Source of the DNA: an uncultured Saprospiraceae bacterium
Lineage (GTDB): Bacteria > Bacteroidota > Bacteroidia > Chitinophagales > Saprospiraceae
DNA: 64,000 nucleotides
NCBI GenBank assembly: GCA_964630705.1
Contig: CAZVZH010000002.1
Span: 3,727 to 67,726 of the forward strand
Reading direction: 5' to 3'
In this document: positions 43,140 to 52,571 of the stretch, piece after piece
How the letters are laid out: every line of letters starts with the position of its first letter
Position numbering within the stretch: the first letter of the stretch is position 1
Made by a program: the position numbers and the translations under genes
Notes under the pieces: model-generated
Told to the model about the DNA's origin: nothing
Databases searched by the model: none
The model's input: the letters and a program-made list of their open reading frames with translations, nothing else

Positions 43140-44450
43140 TTAGTGGTTGTGGCGCCAGGCGTCGCGGTCGTCCGACATGGCCCAGGCGGCGCCATTGTTT
43201 TCGATAGCGTTGAACATGGGCAGCCACTCCGACGGCCCGGCGGAAAGCGTCAGTATTTCGTAGCGGCGGAGCTGTAAAATAATATCCAGCGGATTGATTA
43301 ACACCGGACAAGCCTCTACGCAGGCGTTGCAGGTCGTGCAGGCGTGCAGTTCTTCCGGACTGATAGCGTCGAACAGCGATTTTCCATCGTTGTAATTTTC
43401 CAGGCTTTGCGCGCCGCTGTCCAACTGGCGGCCGACCTCTTCGGCGCGGTCGCGGACATCCATCATGATTTTTCTGGGCGATAGTTTTTTGCCTGTCAGG
43501 TTGGCCGGGCAGGCGGCCGTGCAGCGCCCGCATTCTGTGCAGGTATAGGCTTGCAGCAGGTTGTTCCGGCTGAGGGAAAACACGTCGTTGGCGCCGAATT
43601 CCGGCAGTTCGGCAGCGCCCGAGTCCGCCTGCTCCAGCCCCATCATGATGCGCACTTCTTTTTGAATCTCAGGCATATTCGTCATTTGCCCCTTTGGCGT
43701 CTGCCGGGCCAGCCAGGTGTTGGGAAAGGCTAACAAAATATGCAGGTGTTTGGAATAGGGCAGGTAGCATAAAAACCCAAAAACTGTAGTGATGTGCAGC
43801 CACCAGCCAAAGCGCTCGATGGCCATAACCGCGCCATCGCTCAGGCCACCGAACAACATCGGCCCCAACCAACTGCTCACCGCAAAGGCGCCGGTCGGCG
43901 GGTAGTGTTCCAGGCCGCGGCTTTGCAGCACCTTGTCGCCGCCGTTCATGCAGCAAATACCGGCAATGAGGATGATCTCGCCAAGCAGGATGAGGTTGGC
44001 GTCTTTGAACGGCCAGCCTTTCATTTCCGGTTTGTGGAAGCGGGGCACGCGCAGCAGGTTGCGGCGGGCCAGAAAAATCAGGGTGGCGACCAGCGCCAGC
44101 ACAGAAAGTATTTCAATAAAACTGATGACAAAAGTGTAGAAACCGCCCAGGCTGGAGGCAAAAAAACGGTGACTTCCCGTCAGCCCATCTACCAGGATTT
44201 CCACAAGTTCGATCTGCGTGATGACAAAAGCGGCGTAAATAAAAAAGTGCAGAACAGCCGGCAGCCAGTTTTTAAACATTTTCTGCTGGCCGAATGCCAC
44301 CAACAGCAGGTTGCGCCAGCGCTGGCCGGTATCACCTTCCGTTTTCACGGATTTGCCCAGGGCGATGTTGCGCCAAACGCGGCGGTACCCCTTCCATGCA
44401 AACCATGCGCTGAAGCCCAAAAGGACGATAAAAAGTAAAATTTGCCCCAT
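43140..44450 (-). CDS. membrane-anchored 4Fe-4S dicluster protein (HdrD/DsrK-like oxidoreductase subunit)
   Basis: N-terminal polytopic membrane region. CTECGRCTAACP and CTTCNACVEACP ferredoxin motifs. Start moved to MGQILLFIVLL (44450). Confidence 0.8.
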   Translation of the reverse strand: MGQILLFIVLLGFSAWFAWKGYRRVWRNIALGKSVKTEGDTGQRWRNLLLVAFGQQKMFKNWLPAVLHFFIYAAFVITQIELVEILVDGLTGSHRFFASSLGGFYTFVISFIEILSVLALVATLIFLARRNLLRVPRFHKPEMKGWPFKDANLILLGEIILIAGICCMNGGDKVLQSRGLEHYPPTGAFAVSSWLGPMLFGGLSDGAVMAIERFGWWLHITTVFGFLCYLPYSKHLHILLAFPNTWLARQTPKGQMTNMPEIQKEVRIMMGLEQADSGAAELPEFGANDVFSLSRNNLLQAYTCTECGRCTAACPANLTGKKLSPRKIMMDVRDRAEEVGRQLDSGAQSLENYNDGKSLFDAISPEELHACTTCNACVEACPVLINPLDIILQLRRYEILTLSAGPSEWLPMFNAIENNGAAWAMSDDRDAWRHNH

Positions 44451-44575
44451 AATTTTCAATTTGACGGCCCAAAATACTGCGTTAAAACGAGTAGCGGCAA
44501 AGGATACGGCACGCTTTTCTTCAGCAGATAAACCGGCCGGTTGCGTACCTTCGCACAATTATAACAACATCTGAA

Positions 44576-45076
44576 ATGAAAATACTGGACAACCGTCAAA
44601 TTCGGCAAAAGATCAAACGGCTGGCGATCGAAATCCTGGAACACCACTTCGGCGAGCCGGAGTTGATCCTGGCCGGACTGAACAACAACGGGGTTCAGTT
44701 TGCCCAACTATTGCTCGACGAACTGCAGCCCCTGGCTCCTCCCGACATGCAGATCCAGCTGACCCGTATCCGGCTCAACCCCGCCAACCCCCTGGAATAC
44801 CCGCCGGCTATCGAACTTCCGGTAGAGCGCTTGCACAACAAGCCGATTATTATTGTAGACGATGTGGCGAACACCGGGCGCACCATTTTTTACGCTGTTC
44901 AGCCCTTGCTGCCCATTTTACCTAAACAAGTAGAAGTGGCGGTTTTGGTTGATCGCAAACACAAATCGTTTCCGATCAAAGCGGACTATGTGGGCCTGTC
45001 GCTCTACACTACGCTCAAAAACGATATTGAAGTGCAATTGCGGGGTGTGGGAGAGCTGGCTGTGTTTCTCAACTAA
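44576..45076 (+). CDS. pyrR: PyrR-like phosphoribosyltransferase (pyr operon regulator / uracil PRTase family)
   Basis: MKILDNRQIRQKIKRLAIEILE N-terminus resembles PyrR. PRPP-binding loop IIIVDDVANTGRT. Confidence 0.65.
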   Translation: MKILDNRQIRQKIKRLAIEILEHHFGEPELILAGLNNNGVQFAQLLLDELQPLAPPDMQIQLTRIRLNPANPLEYPPAIELPVERLHNKPIIIVDDVANTGRTIFYAVQPLLPILPKQVEVAVLVDRKHKSFPIKADYVGLSLYTTLKNDIEVQLRGVGELAVFLN

Positions 45077-45079
45077 AAT

Positions 45080-45808
45080 TTATGTGCCAGGCGCCGCCTG
45101 AGCCAACCGCGCTTCCTGTGCAAGCCGCGCTTTGCGGGCGCGTTTTTGGTCGGCATTACTGTCGTACAGGCAATACTGATCGTATTTGACTCGGTCGCGC
45201 TCCGCCCAGATGTCCTTGCCGATGTCGCACAGCACCACAAGTTCCTGGTAAATTTTGTTGCCCTGATCGACTCGGCGCTCCACGCCAATGTCGCGGTCGT
45301 GGATTTTATCCTGTTGAATGTTCAGCGCTTTTTCAAATGCGGTGCAAGCGTCGAGCACGCGTTGAATGATGTTTTCATTGACGCCGGCATCAGCCAGAAA
45401 ATCAATTTGCGCGCGGGCAACGCGGGCTACCCGGCGGCCACAAAACAGCAGTTGCGGGTCGCTCATATCGCCCAGCCTGGCCGTGCCGAATTTGCGGTAT
45501 CGCCCGGTTCTGTCGTGAAATTTCATGGATACACGGGTCATGAGCGAGCGGATGGCGGCGCGCAGTTTGTCGGCCGCCTGGTTTTTCTTTTCGGTACAAA
45601 TCATTTGCTCGCCAACCATCTCGTCATCATCCGGCAATTGGTGAAATTGCGCGCAGAGCAACTGGAAGGCTTTGATTCGATCCGCGCTGTATCCGTATTG
45701 CTGGAAAAACTCCAGATCGCGGTGCGCCTGGCGGATGGCTTGCATGCAGGTCACATACAACTCGGGGTCAGAAACATTGTGCTTGCGGTGTCCGGCTTGT
45801 TTTTTCAT
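45080..45808 (-). CDS. hypothetical protein
   Basis: 242-261 aa ORF (start 45808 or 45865), basic K/R/A-rich C-terminal tail. No family recognised. Confidence 0.5.
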   Translation of the reverse strand: MKKQAGHRKHNVSDPELYVTCMQAIRQAHRDLEFFQQYGYSADRIKAFQLLCAQFHQLPDDDEMVGEQMICTEKKNQAADKLRAAIRSLMTRVSMKFHDRTGRYRKFGTARLGDMSDPQLLFCGRRVARVARAQIDFLADAGVNENIIQRVLDACTAFEKALNIQQDKIHDRDIGVERRVDQGNKIYQELVVLCDIGKDIWAERDRVKYDQYCLYDSNADQKRARKARLAQEARLAQAAPGT

Positions 45809-45933
45809 AATGACCGTCGTCTTGATGCCAACAACTGATTGCCGGAATAAGCTTTTTGTTTTCAAATAAAAATGTGCTACAAGTGCTTATTGCCTCTGCA
45901 AATCAGTGTTTTACAAAATTTAAAAACACAGGG

Positions 45934-45941
45934 CAAATATA
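45934..45941 (-). promoter_or_regulatory. candidate -7 promoter box (TATATTTG on minus strand)
   Basis: Plus-strand CAAATATA in an AT-rich spacer upstream of the 45080-45808/45865 ORF. Confidence 0.3.
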
Positions 45942-46077
45942 GCCGGCTTAAAAATATAAAACAAAATATTTTTAATGAAAATTAATTTCTTACTCATTCG
46001 GAATTTCCCCGGCAGGTTTTTTGGTGTCCATTAAAAAGCTCAGGCATCAGACCGGCTTGGGGCGACTTTTGGGTGTG

Positions 46078-47283
46078 CTAATCCGCCAATTGTTGCCATA
46101 CTCGGGCAGCCAGCGTTTCGCCAATGGCCAGCGAAGCAGTAGCCGCCGGGCTGGGGGCATTGCACACCTGAATCAGGGCGGGTTTTTCGAGGATCAGAAA
46201 ATCGTCGTGGAGCTGGCCGTCTGGGGTGCAGGCCATGGCGCGAACGCCGCTGCGCCCGGGCCGGACATCCTGCGTCTTTAGTTCCGGCACCAGGCGCTGC
46301 AGGGCCTGAACAAAGCGCTTTTTGGAATACGAGCGCTGCAACTCTGCCCAGCCGTCGCGCCAGTATTTCCGGGCAAGCCGCCGGAAGCCGGGGTAGGCGA
46401 GGGTCTCCAACAACTCGCCCAGGTGCAGGTCTGAACGGTGGTACCCTTCCCGGCGGAAGGCCAGCACAGCATTCGGTCCCGCCTCGATGCCGCCTTCGAT
46501 CATGCGGGTAAAGTGCACCCCCAAAAAGGGAAAGTTGGGGTTGGGCACCGGGTAGATCAGGTTGCGCACCAGGTGCTGGCGTTCCGAAACCAATTCGTAG
46601 TATTCCCCTCGGAACGGAATAATTTGTACCCCGGGATTTTCCCCGCTTTTTCGAGCCAGATGGTCGGAGTAAAGTCCGCCGCAAACAACCGCCAGGCGTG
46701 CAGAACCTTCCCAGTTTTCAGCTTCCAGCCGCACCGCCCCGGGCGCCTGCCGGATGCCGGTTATCCGGACACCGGTTTGAATTTGACCGCCGGCAGCCAA
46801 AATCAGTTCGGCGTATTTTTGGGCCACATGTCCGTAGTTGACAATACCTGCCTGCGGCACCCAAACCGCTTCCACAGCACGCGCAAAGGGCTCGATTTCA
46901 CGGGTTTCGTCCGGTCCGATTTTTCGAAGGCCCTTTAGGCCGTTGGCCAACCCCCGCTGGTAAATCTGCTCCAAAGGGCCGCGTTCTGAGGCCTCCACCG
47001 CGACGATGATTTTTCCGCAAATGTCAAACGGCAGTCCCTGCTCGCGGCAAAATTCGAGGAGCAACTGATAGCCGCGCCGGCAGTTGGTGGCGCGCAAACT
47101 GCCCGGCCGGTAATAAATTCCGCTGTGGATGACACCGCTGTTTCGGCTGCTTTGATGACTGGCCACGGCCTTTTCTTTTTCCACGACCAGCAGCCGCAAA
47201 TCAGGTCTTTTTTGCAATAATTGCCAGGCGGTAGCCAGGCCTACGATACCGCCGCCAACCACGATAATATCTTGTTGAACCAT
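46078..47283 (-). CDS. lhgO: L-2-hydroxyglutarate oxidase (FAD-dependent)
   Basis: DIIVVGGGIVGLATA dinucleotide fold. ASHQSSRNSGVIHSGIYY is typical of LhgO/YgaF. Start moved to the ATG at 47283. Confidence 0.75.
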   Translation of the reverse strand: MVQQDIIVVGGGIVGLATAWQLLQKRPDLRLLVVEKEKAVASHQSSRNSGVIHSGIYYRPGSLRATNCRRGYQLLLEFCREQGLPFDICGKIIVAVEASERGPLEQIYQRGLANGLKGLRKIGPDETREIEPFARAVEAVWVPQAGIVNYGHVAQKYAELILAAGGQIQTGVRITGIRQAPGAVRLEAENWEGSARLAVVCGGLYSDHLARKSGENPGVQIIPFRGEYYELVSERQHLVRNLIYPVPNPNFPFLGVHFTRMIEGGIEAGPNAVLAFRREGYHRSDLHLGELLETLAYPGFRRLARKYWRDGWAELQRSYSKKRFVQALQRLVPELKTQDVRPGRSGVRAMACTPDGQLHDDFLILEKPALIQVCNAPSPAATASLAIGETLAARVWQQLAD

Positions 47284-47347
47284 ACCCTTTATGTTTTTGA
47301 CGGCAAAGTTGACGAATTCACGCCTTGGTTTGGAAAATGAGCTAAGA

Positions 47348-47460
47348 GGAAGCGCCCACACTACTGGACAACATTTTGTTCTTCGGGTGAATCCAGACCT
47401 TCCAGGTTTGAGAAACCTGGAAGGTCTTTACCGAAAATATCCAGTAGTGTGGGAAGCGCC
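47348..47460. mobile_element. MITE-like element: 95-bp body with 12-bp terminal inverted repeats, flanked by a 9-bp direct repeat
   Basis: GGAAGCGCC|CACACTACTGGA...(internal perfect 14-bp hairpin GACCTTCCAGGTTT-GAGA-AAACCTGGAAGGTC)...TCCAGTAGTGTG|GGAAGCGCC. Confidence 0.5.
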
Positions 47461-47528
47461 TGCCTTGTTGTTTTTCAATATTTTGAGATAAAAGCCAACT
47501 TTTTGTCTGGTACAATCTATTTCAAGTC

Positions 47529-47558
47529 CTTTGAAATAGCGCGTTGCGGCTATCTTTG
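47529..47558 (+). promoter_or_regulatory. candidate Bacteroidota sigma-A promoter (-33 TTTG, -7 TATCTTTG)
   Basis: TATCTTTG at 47551-47558, 22 nt upstream of the receptor ATG. TTTG lies about 18 nt further upstream. Confidence 0.4.
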
Positions 47559-47579
47559 CCGCCCTCTAACATAGCATTG

Positions 47580-49862
47580 ATGAAAAATTACACGACGCTT
47601 ATTGCTTTTCTGTTGATTCCCTTTTGTTTGCTGGCGCAAAAAGCCGGAAAAGGAACGGTCCGGGGAAATGTGTACGACAAGGAAACGGCTCAGCCCCTGG
47701 CCTTTGCAACCGTCCAGCTGGACGGCGCCGGAATGGGCACAGCTACCGACATTAATGGTTTTTTTTCCATCGCCAATGCCCCGGTCGGTCAATACCAGCT
47801 CAAGGTGAGCTATTTGGGCTACAATGATTTTAGCACTATGGTTCAAATTGCCAGCGAGGCCATCGTTTACCAAACGGTATATCTCCAAGAGAGCGGGACC
47901 AACCTGGATGAAATCGTTATTTCCGGAAAAAAAGAACAAGCGCGCAGCGAAGTTCAGGTTTCCAAACTGACGGTGACGCCCAAGCAAATCCGGGCGCTGC
48001 CATCCACCGGGGGGCAGGCCGACATAGCGCAGTACCTGACGGTGCTCCCGGGCGTAATTTTTACCGGCGACCAGGGCGGCCAGTTGTATATCCGGGGCGG
48101 CTCGCCTGTCCAAAACCGCATTTTGCTCGATGGGATGACCATTTACAACCCCTTCCACAGCATCGGTTTTTTCTCGGTTTTTGAAACGGAATTGATCCGA
48201 AACGTCGACGTGCTTACGGGTGGTTTCAATGCCGATTACGGCGGCCGGATTTCCGCCATTGTCGATGTGAAAACCCGCGAAGGCAACCGCAAACGCTTGG
48301 CCGGCCTGGTTTCGGCCAGCCCCTTTCAGGCAAAAGCGATGATCGAAGGGCCGATTATTCCGTTGAAAGAAGACGGCGGCGCCAGCATATCGTTTGTGCT
48401 AACGGGTAAACAAGCGCTGATCGATCAAACTGCTTCCAGCCTGTACAAATATGTAAACGACAGCTCGGGTATCCCGTTCAACTACCGCGATCTGTATGGC
48501 AAACTCTCGCTGATGACCGGCAACGGCAGCAAACTGAATGTGTTCGGTTTCAACTACGACGATGGCGTCCAATACCCGATTACCAGTTTCGACTGGACGA
48601 GTTCGGGAGGCGGCTTCGATTTTACGCTCGTGCCCTCCAACTCCAACACGATTGTCGGCGGAACGCTCACCTTTACTACCTACGATTCGCGCATCGAAGA
48701 GGCCGACCGCAAACCCCGCCAAAGCGGAATCAACGGGTTCTATGCCGGTCTGAATTTTACTAACTTCGACCGGAATAATGAATTAAAATACGGCCTCGAA
48801 CTCACCGGTTTCCGCACGGAATTCAGTTTCCAGAACTTTCGCGGATTTACGATCGAACAGTTCGAAAACACCACCGAAATCAGCGCTTACCTCCGTTGGA
48901 AACGCAAGTTCGGCAACCTGGTGCTGGAACCCGGCTTCCGGATTCAATACTACCAGTCGCTCAACGACGTATCGCCGGAGCCGCGCCTCGGCCTCAAATA
49001 CAATATTACCGACCGCCTGCGCTTCAAAGCTGCCGGCGGCTTATACTCGCAAAACCTGCTCTCCACGGTCAACGAACGCGACATTGTCAACCTGTTCGTC
49101 GGTTTTCTCTCCGGACCCGAAGAAGCCGTGTACAAACCCGGCTCCGCCAACGAACGCGTCGATCACCGGCTGCAAAAATCACTGCACGGCGTGGCGGGTT
49201 TCGAGGTGGACGTGACGAGCAATTTGGAACTAAATATTGAAGGGTACTACAAGGATTTTACCCAGCTACTGGCACTCAACCGCAACAAAACCGTCGCTCA
49301 AGACCCGAATTACGTGGTGGAAACGGGCGAAGCTTATGGCCTCGACCTCTCCTTGAAATGGGAAGCCAAACGGTTCTATGTTTGGGGCGCATATTCGCTG
49401 GGCTATGTGACCCGTTTTGACGGCGAACAAACGTACCCGCCGGTATTCGACCGCCGCCACAACCTCAACCTGGTTACAACCTACCAGATGGGCGCCAAAA
49501 AAGAATGGGAATTTGGCGCCCGCTGGAATTTCGGCTCCGGCTTCCCCTTTACCCTCACCCAAGGTTTCTTCAACAGCCTCAACTTCGACCAGGGTATCGG
49601 CTCCGACGTGCTCACCGGCAACGGCGATTTGGGGATCATTTACGCCGAAAAGCGCAATGGCGGCCGCCTGCCGTATTACCACCGCCTCGATATTTCGCTG
49701 AAGCGCACCATTTCCTTTTCGAAATACGGTAAAGTGGAAATCACAGCCTCCTGCACCAATGTGTACGACCGGGAAAATATTTTTTACTTCGATCGCGTGC
49801 GGTATACCCGGGTCAATCAACTCCCCATTTTGCCCAGCTTGAGCATGACGGTTCAATTTTAA
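47580..49862 (+). CDS. TonB-dependent receptor with N-terminal carboxypeptidase-regulatory-like domain
   Basis: Signal peptide [33 protein letters not shown] (CarboxypepD_reg-like), plug ([21 protein letters not shown]), barrel ending in ...SMTVQF. Confidence 0.85.
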   Translation: MKNYTTLIAFLLIPFCLLAQKAGKGTVRGNVYDKETAQPLAFATVQLDGAGMGTATDINGFFSIANAPVGQYQLKVSYLGYNDFSTMVQIASEAIVYQTVYLQESGTNLDEIVISGKKEQARSEVQVSKLTVTPKQIRALPSTGGQADIAQYLTVLPGVIFTGDQGGQLYIRGGSPVQNRILLDGMTIYNPFHSIGFFSVFETELIRNVDVLTGGFNADYGGRISAIVDVKTREGNRKRLAGLVSASPFQAKAMIEGPIIPLKEDGGASISFVLTGKQALIDQTASSLYKYVNDSSGIPFNYRDLYGKLSLMTGNGSKLNVFGFNYDDGVQYPITSFDWTSSGGGFDFTLVPSNSNTIVGGTLTFTTYDSRIEEADRKPRQSGINGFYAGLNFTNFDRNNELKYGLELTGFRTEFSFQNFRGFTIEQFENTTEISAYLRWKRKFGNLVLEPGFRIQYYQSLNDVSPEPRLGLKYNITDRLRFKAAGGLYSQNLLSTVNERDIVNLFVGFLSGPEEAVYKPGSANERVDHRLQKSLHGVAGFEVDVTSNLELNIEGYYKDFTQLLALNRNKTVAQDPNYVVETGEAYGLDLSLKWEAKRFYVWGAYSLGYVTRFDGEQTYPPVFDRRHNLNLVTTYQMGAKKEWEFGARWNFGSGFPFTLTQGFFNSLNFDQGIGSDVLTGNGDLGIIYAEKRNGGRLPYYHRLDISLKRTISFSKYGKVEITASCTNVYDRENIFYFDRVRYTRVNQLPILPSLSMTVQF

Positions 49863-50905
49863 TGGAAGAAACAGTAAAACTCACCCAATACTCCCACGGC
49901 GCCGGCTGCGGCTGCAAAATTGCGCCGAAAGTGCTCGACCGCATTCTGCAACACAGCCCCGCTGCCGCTGCGCATTTTCCTGCCCTGCTGGTCGGAAATG
50001 AAGACCGCGACGACGCCGCTGTGTACGACCTGGGCGACGGTACGGCCCTTATCAGTACGACCGACTTTTTTATGCCCATCGTCGACGATCCGGAAGATTT
50101 CGGCCGGATTGCCGCTGTGAATGCAATTTCCGATATCTACGCCATGGGCGGCGCTCCGCTGCTGGCTATTGCGATCCTGGGTTGGCCGGTCAATGACTTG
50201 CCCCCGGAAGTGGCCAGTCGCGTAGTGGAAGGCGGGCGCCAAGCTTGTTTGGAAGCGGGGATTCCGCTGGCCGGCGGCCACAGCATCGACAGCCCGGAAC
50301 CTATTTTCGGGCTGGCCGTCAGCGGCCGGGTGCGCCTGGAGCACCTGAAAAAAAATGGCGGCGCAAAGCCTGGCGCCCAGTTGTTTCTCACCAAACCGCT
50401 GGGCGTAGGGATTCTAACTACTGCCCAGAAAAAAGGCCTTTTAAAACCGGAACACGCCGAAATCGCTCCCGCCAGCATGAAAAGGCTCAACCAGATCGGC
50501 GAACAATTCGGCCGGCTGCCCTATGTGCAAGCCATGACGGACGTGACTGGCTTCGGCCTGCTCGGCCACCTGTCTGAACTCTGCGCTGCCAGCCAGGCCA
50601 GCGCTGTGGTGCATTTCGACCGGGTGCCGGCAATCGACCGGACGGTGCTGGATTTTTATCTGGAAAACAAGTGCATCCCCGGCGGCACACACCGCAACTG
50701 GGACAGCTACGGGCATAAAATCGCCGGCGCCTCCGAACTCCAGCGCTACCTGCTCGCCGACCCGCAAACCAGCGGCGGCCTGTTGGTGGCGGTTGACCCG
50801 GATGCTGTGTCCGAATTCCGGGAAGTCGCACAAAAAGCCGGATTCGACCTCGAACCGTTCGGATTTTTAATCGAAGAGCAGCCTATCGCGATCACGGTAG
50901 TTTAG
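49862..50905 (+). CDS. selD: selenide, water dikinase (selenophosphate synthetase), Cys-type
   Basis: N-terminus [21 protein letters not shown] closely matches the E. coli SelD N-terminus as recalled. The ATG overlaps the upstream TAA (TAATG). Confidence 0.9.
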   Translation: MEETVKLTQYSHGAGCGCKIAPKVLDRILQHSPAAAAHFPALLVGNEDRDDAAVYDLGDGTALISTTDFFMPIVDDPEDFGRIAAVNAISDIYAMGGAPLLAIAILGWPVNDLPPEVASRVVEGGRQACLEAGIPLAGGHSIDSPEPIFGLAVSGRVRLEHLKKNGGAKPGAQLFLTKPLGVGILTTAQKKGLLKPEHAEIAPASMKRLNQIGEQFGRLPYVQAMTDVTGFGLLGHLSELCAASQASAVVHFDRVPAIDRTVLDFYLENKCIPGGTHRNWDSYGHKIAGASELQRYLLADPQTSGGLLVAVDPDAVSEFREVAQKAGFDLEPFGFLIEEQPIAITVV

Positions 50906-50922
50906 CTTGCCGCTCGAGAGCG

Positions 50923-51013
50923 TTTCACCCCTAAAGGCACTAAAAAACACTAAACCACACTAAAGACTTTCCTTAGTGTGGTTTAGTGTTTTTTAGTGCC
51001 TTTAGTGGTGAAA
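50923..51013. terminator. 91-bp near-perfect palindrome (41-nt arms, one mismatch, 9-nt loop); probable bidirectional terminator or REP-like element
   Basis: TTTCACC(C)CTAAAGGCACTAAAAAACACTAAACCACACTAA-agactttcc-TTAGTGTGGTTTAGTGTTTTTTAGTGCCTTTAG(T)GGTGAAA. Lies between the stop codons at 50905 and 51017. Confidence 0.7.
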
Positions 51014-51016
51014 AAT

Positions 51017-52465
51017 TTACTGCCGTTGCTGTTGCGCGCGTTCTTGCTGGAACCGCATGAGGTCTTCCATCACCTGAATAAGTTGCTCGGCGCCGATGCG
51101 TTTCATCAGGATTTCGTGCTTGCGGTCGAGGATAAAAATTTGGGGCGTCGACTGCACGTCGTACAACGTTTTATAGCGGCTTTGGATGTAGGGATCGTAA
51201 GTGTTGATGAACAGGAAATCGCTGAATTCTTTTTCCTCCACCCCTTTCCAGCACTCAGGACCTTTGTCGGTTACGGCGGTGCACACAGCAAAAACCTTGA
51301 CGCCGCGGTCTTTGAATTTTTTAGCAAACTCTACCAGGTCGGGAGCGGCTTTTTTGCAGTGGCTGCAATCGGGGGCCCAGAAAAACAACACCGTATAGTC
51401 GGCATCCACATCCCACAGGCTGAGCGGTTGGTTGTCGCGGTTGAGCACGGTGATGTTGGGCGCAATTTTACCGATCAGAATGGGTTCCAGACGGCGGGCG
51501 TTGTCGCAAATTTTTTCCAAATCCTCCCCTTTTACCCAGGATGCGCCACCGTTGCAATAATACTTCAAGGCCAGGTGGACATAGCAGGCATCCATGCCAA
51601 CCACTTTCGACTTGGCGTAGGTGTTCAGGAAATGGATGAGGTAATATTTGTAGTTTTCCGGGCTGTCTTTCATGAGCCCGATCACATAGTCGAGTCCGAC
51701 ATTGATGCTGTCGGGGTGCTGCGGGACAATTTTCGTAATATAGGTTTCAATTTTTTGGTGCAGCACCGGGCTGCGCAGCATGCATGGGTCGGCGATGTTG
51801 AGGTTGTCGAAATAGTGGGCGCGGTACCAGTAGTACTTCTGGAGTTGAACGGCTTTGGGGTCGTCGCCTTCAAATTCGGGGATTTCGGGCTCGAGCGAGC
51901 TGCGGATGATTTTAGCCGTCAGGGTACCGTTGTGTTTGCGCAGCAGGTCGGTTTGATATTTCCGCACCTGTTTGTCGAGCGCTGTGCTGGCTTCCACCAA
52001 GCGCAATGAATCGGCAGGGTTGTTTTTCAGGACTTCCAACTGGGCTTTTATGGTATCGGCTTGCGTGCGCATACGGTTGAGAAAGCCGAGGTATTCGTAA
52101 AATACGGCATTGTCTTCCGAGCCTTTTACTTTCATGGTATTCACGGCATCTTTGGCATCGAAGGTGATGGTGAAATCCTGATCGTCATCGGGCAGCAACA
52201 CTTGCACGAAACCGTTGTCGGGCTTCAGCACCAGGAGGTACACGCCACAGGGCAGCAGCGTATCGGCTTGAAACGTAAAATAACCGTCGGGGCCGGCTTG
52301 TACGGTGTCTTTGACGTACTGTTTGTCGCCGTAATGAAAACCGAGTATGAGTTCGGTTTCGGTGTAATTTTCGGGTTTGACCCGAATTTTATAGCCCGAT
52401 TGGGCGGTCAGCGACCAACTCGCGCATAAGCTGCAAGCGAGAACAAAAACAAACGTACGGATCAT
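51017..52465 (-). CDS. TlpA/thioredoxin-fold thiol:disulfide oxidoreductase with long N-terminal extension
   Basis: Signal peptide. C-terminal redox domain with FWAPDCSHCKK (CxxC). Confidence 0.8.
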   Translation of the reverse strand: MIRTFVFVLACSLCASWSLTAQSGYKIRVKPENYTETELILGFHYGDKQYVKDTVQAGPDGYFTFQADTLLPCGVYLLVLKPDNGFVQVLLPDDDQDFTITFDAKDAVNTMKVKGSEDNAVFYEYLGFLNRMRTQADTIKAQLEVLKNNPADSLRLVEASTALDKQVRKYQTDLLRKHNGTLTAKIIRSSLEPEIPEFEGDDPKAVQLQKYYWYRAHYFDNLNIADPCMLRSPVLHQKIETYITKIVPQHPDSINVGLDYVIGLMKDSPENYKYYLIHFLNTYAKSKVVGMDACYVHLALKYYCNGGASWVKGEDLEKICDNARRLEPILIGKIAPNITVLNRDNQPLSLWDVDADYTVLFFWAPDCSHCKKAAPDLVEFAKKFKDRGVKVFAVCTAVTDKGPECWKGVEEKEFSDFLFINTYDPYIQSRYKTLYDVQSTPQIFILDRKHEILMKRIGAEQLIQVMEDLMRFQQERAQQQRQ

Positions 52466-52571
52466 GAGTAATTTAATTTGAGTTCGGGTTCAGGATGGGG
52501 CAAATATCCGAAGTGCTGCCCGGCGCTCCGGACGTTTTTGGTTTTGTTAACATTCAGCCGGGAGGAGTGTG

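Noticed and set aside
46040-46684. 214-aa ORF in an alternative frame of the lhgO region, and the 166-aa plus-strand ORF at 46438-46938.
   Set aside because: They overlap the FAD-oxidase frame, which has a clear dinucleotide-binding motif. Their products are Pro/Arg/Gly-rich shadow ORFs.
50996-52009. 337-aa plus-strand ORF antisense to the thioredoxin-like gene, and the 388-aa ORF at 54327-55493 antisense to miaB.
   Set aside because: The opposite strands encode proteins with unambiguous CxxC and radical-SAM motifs. The antisense translations have no recognisable features.
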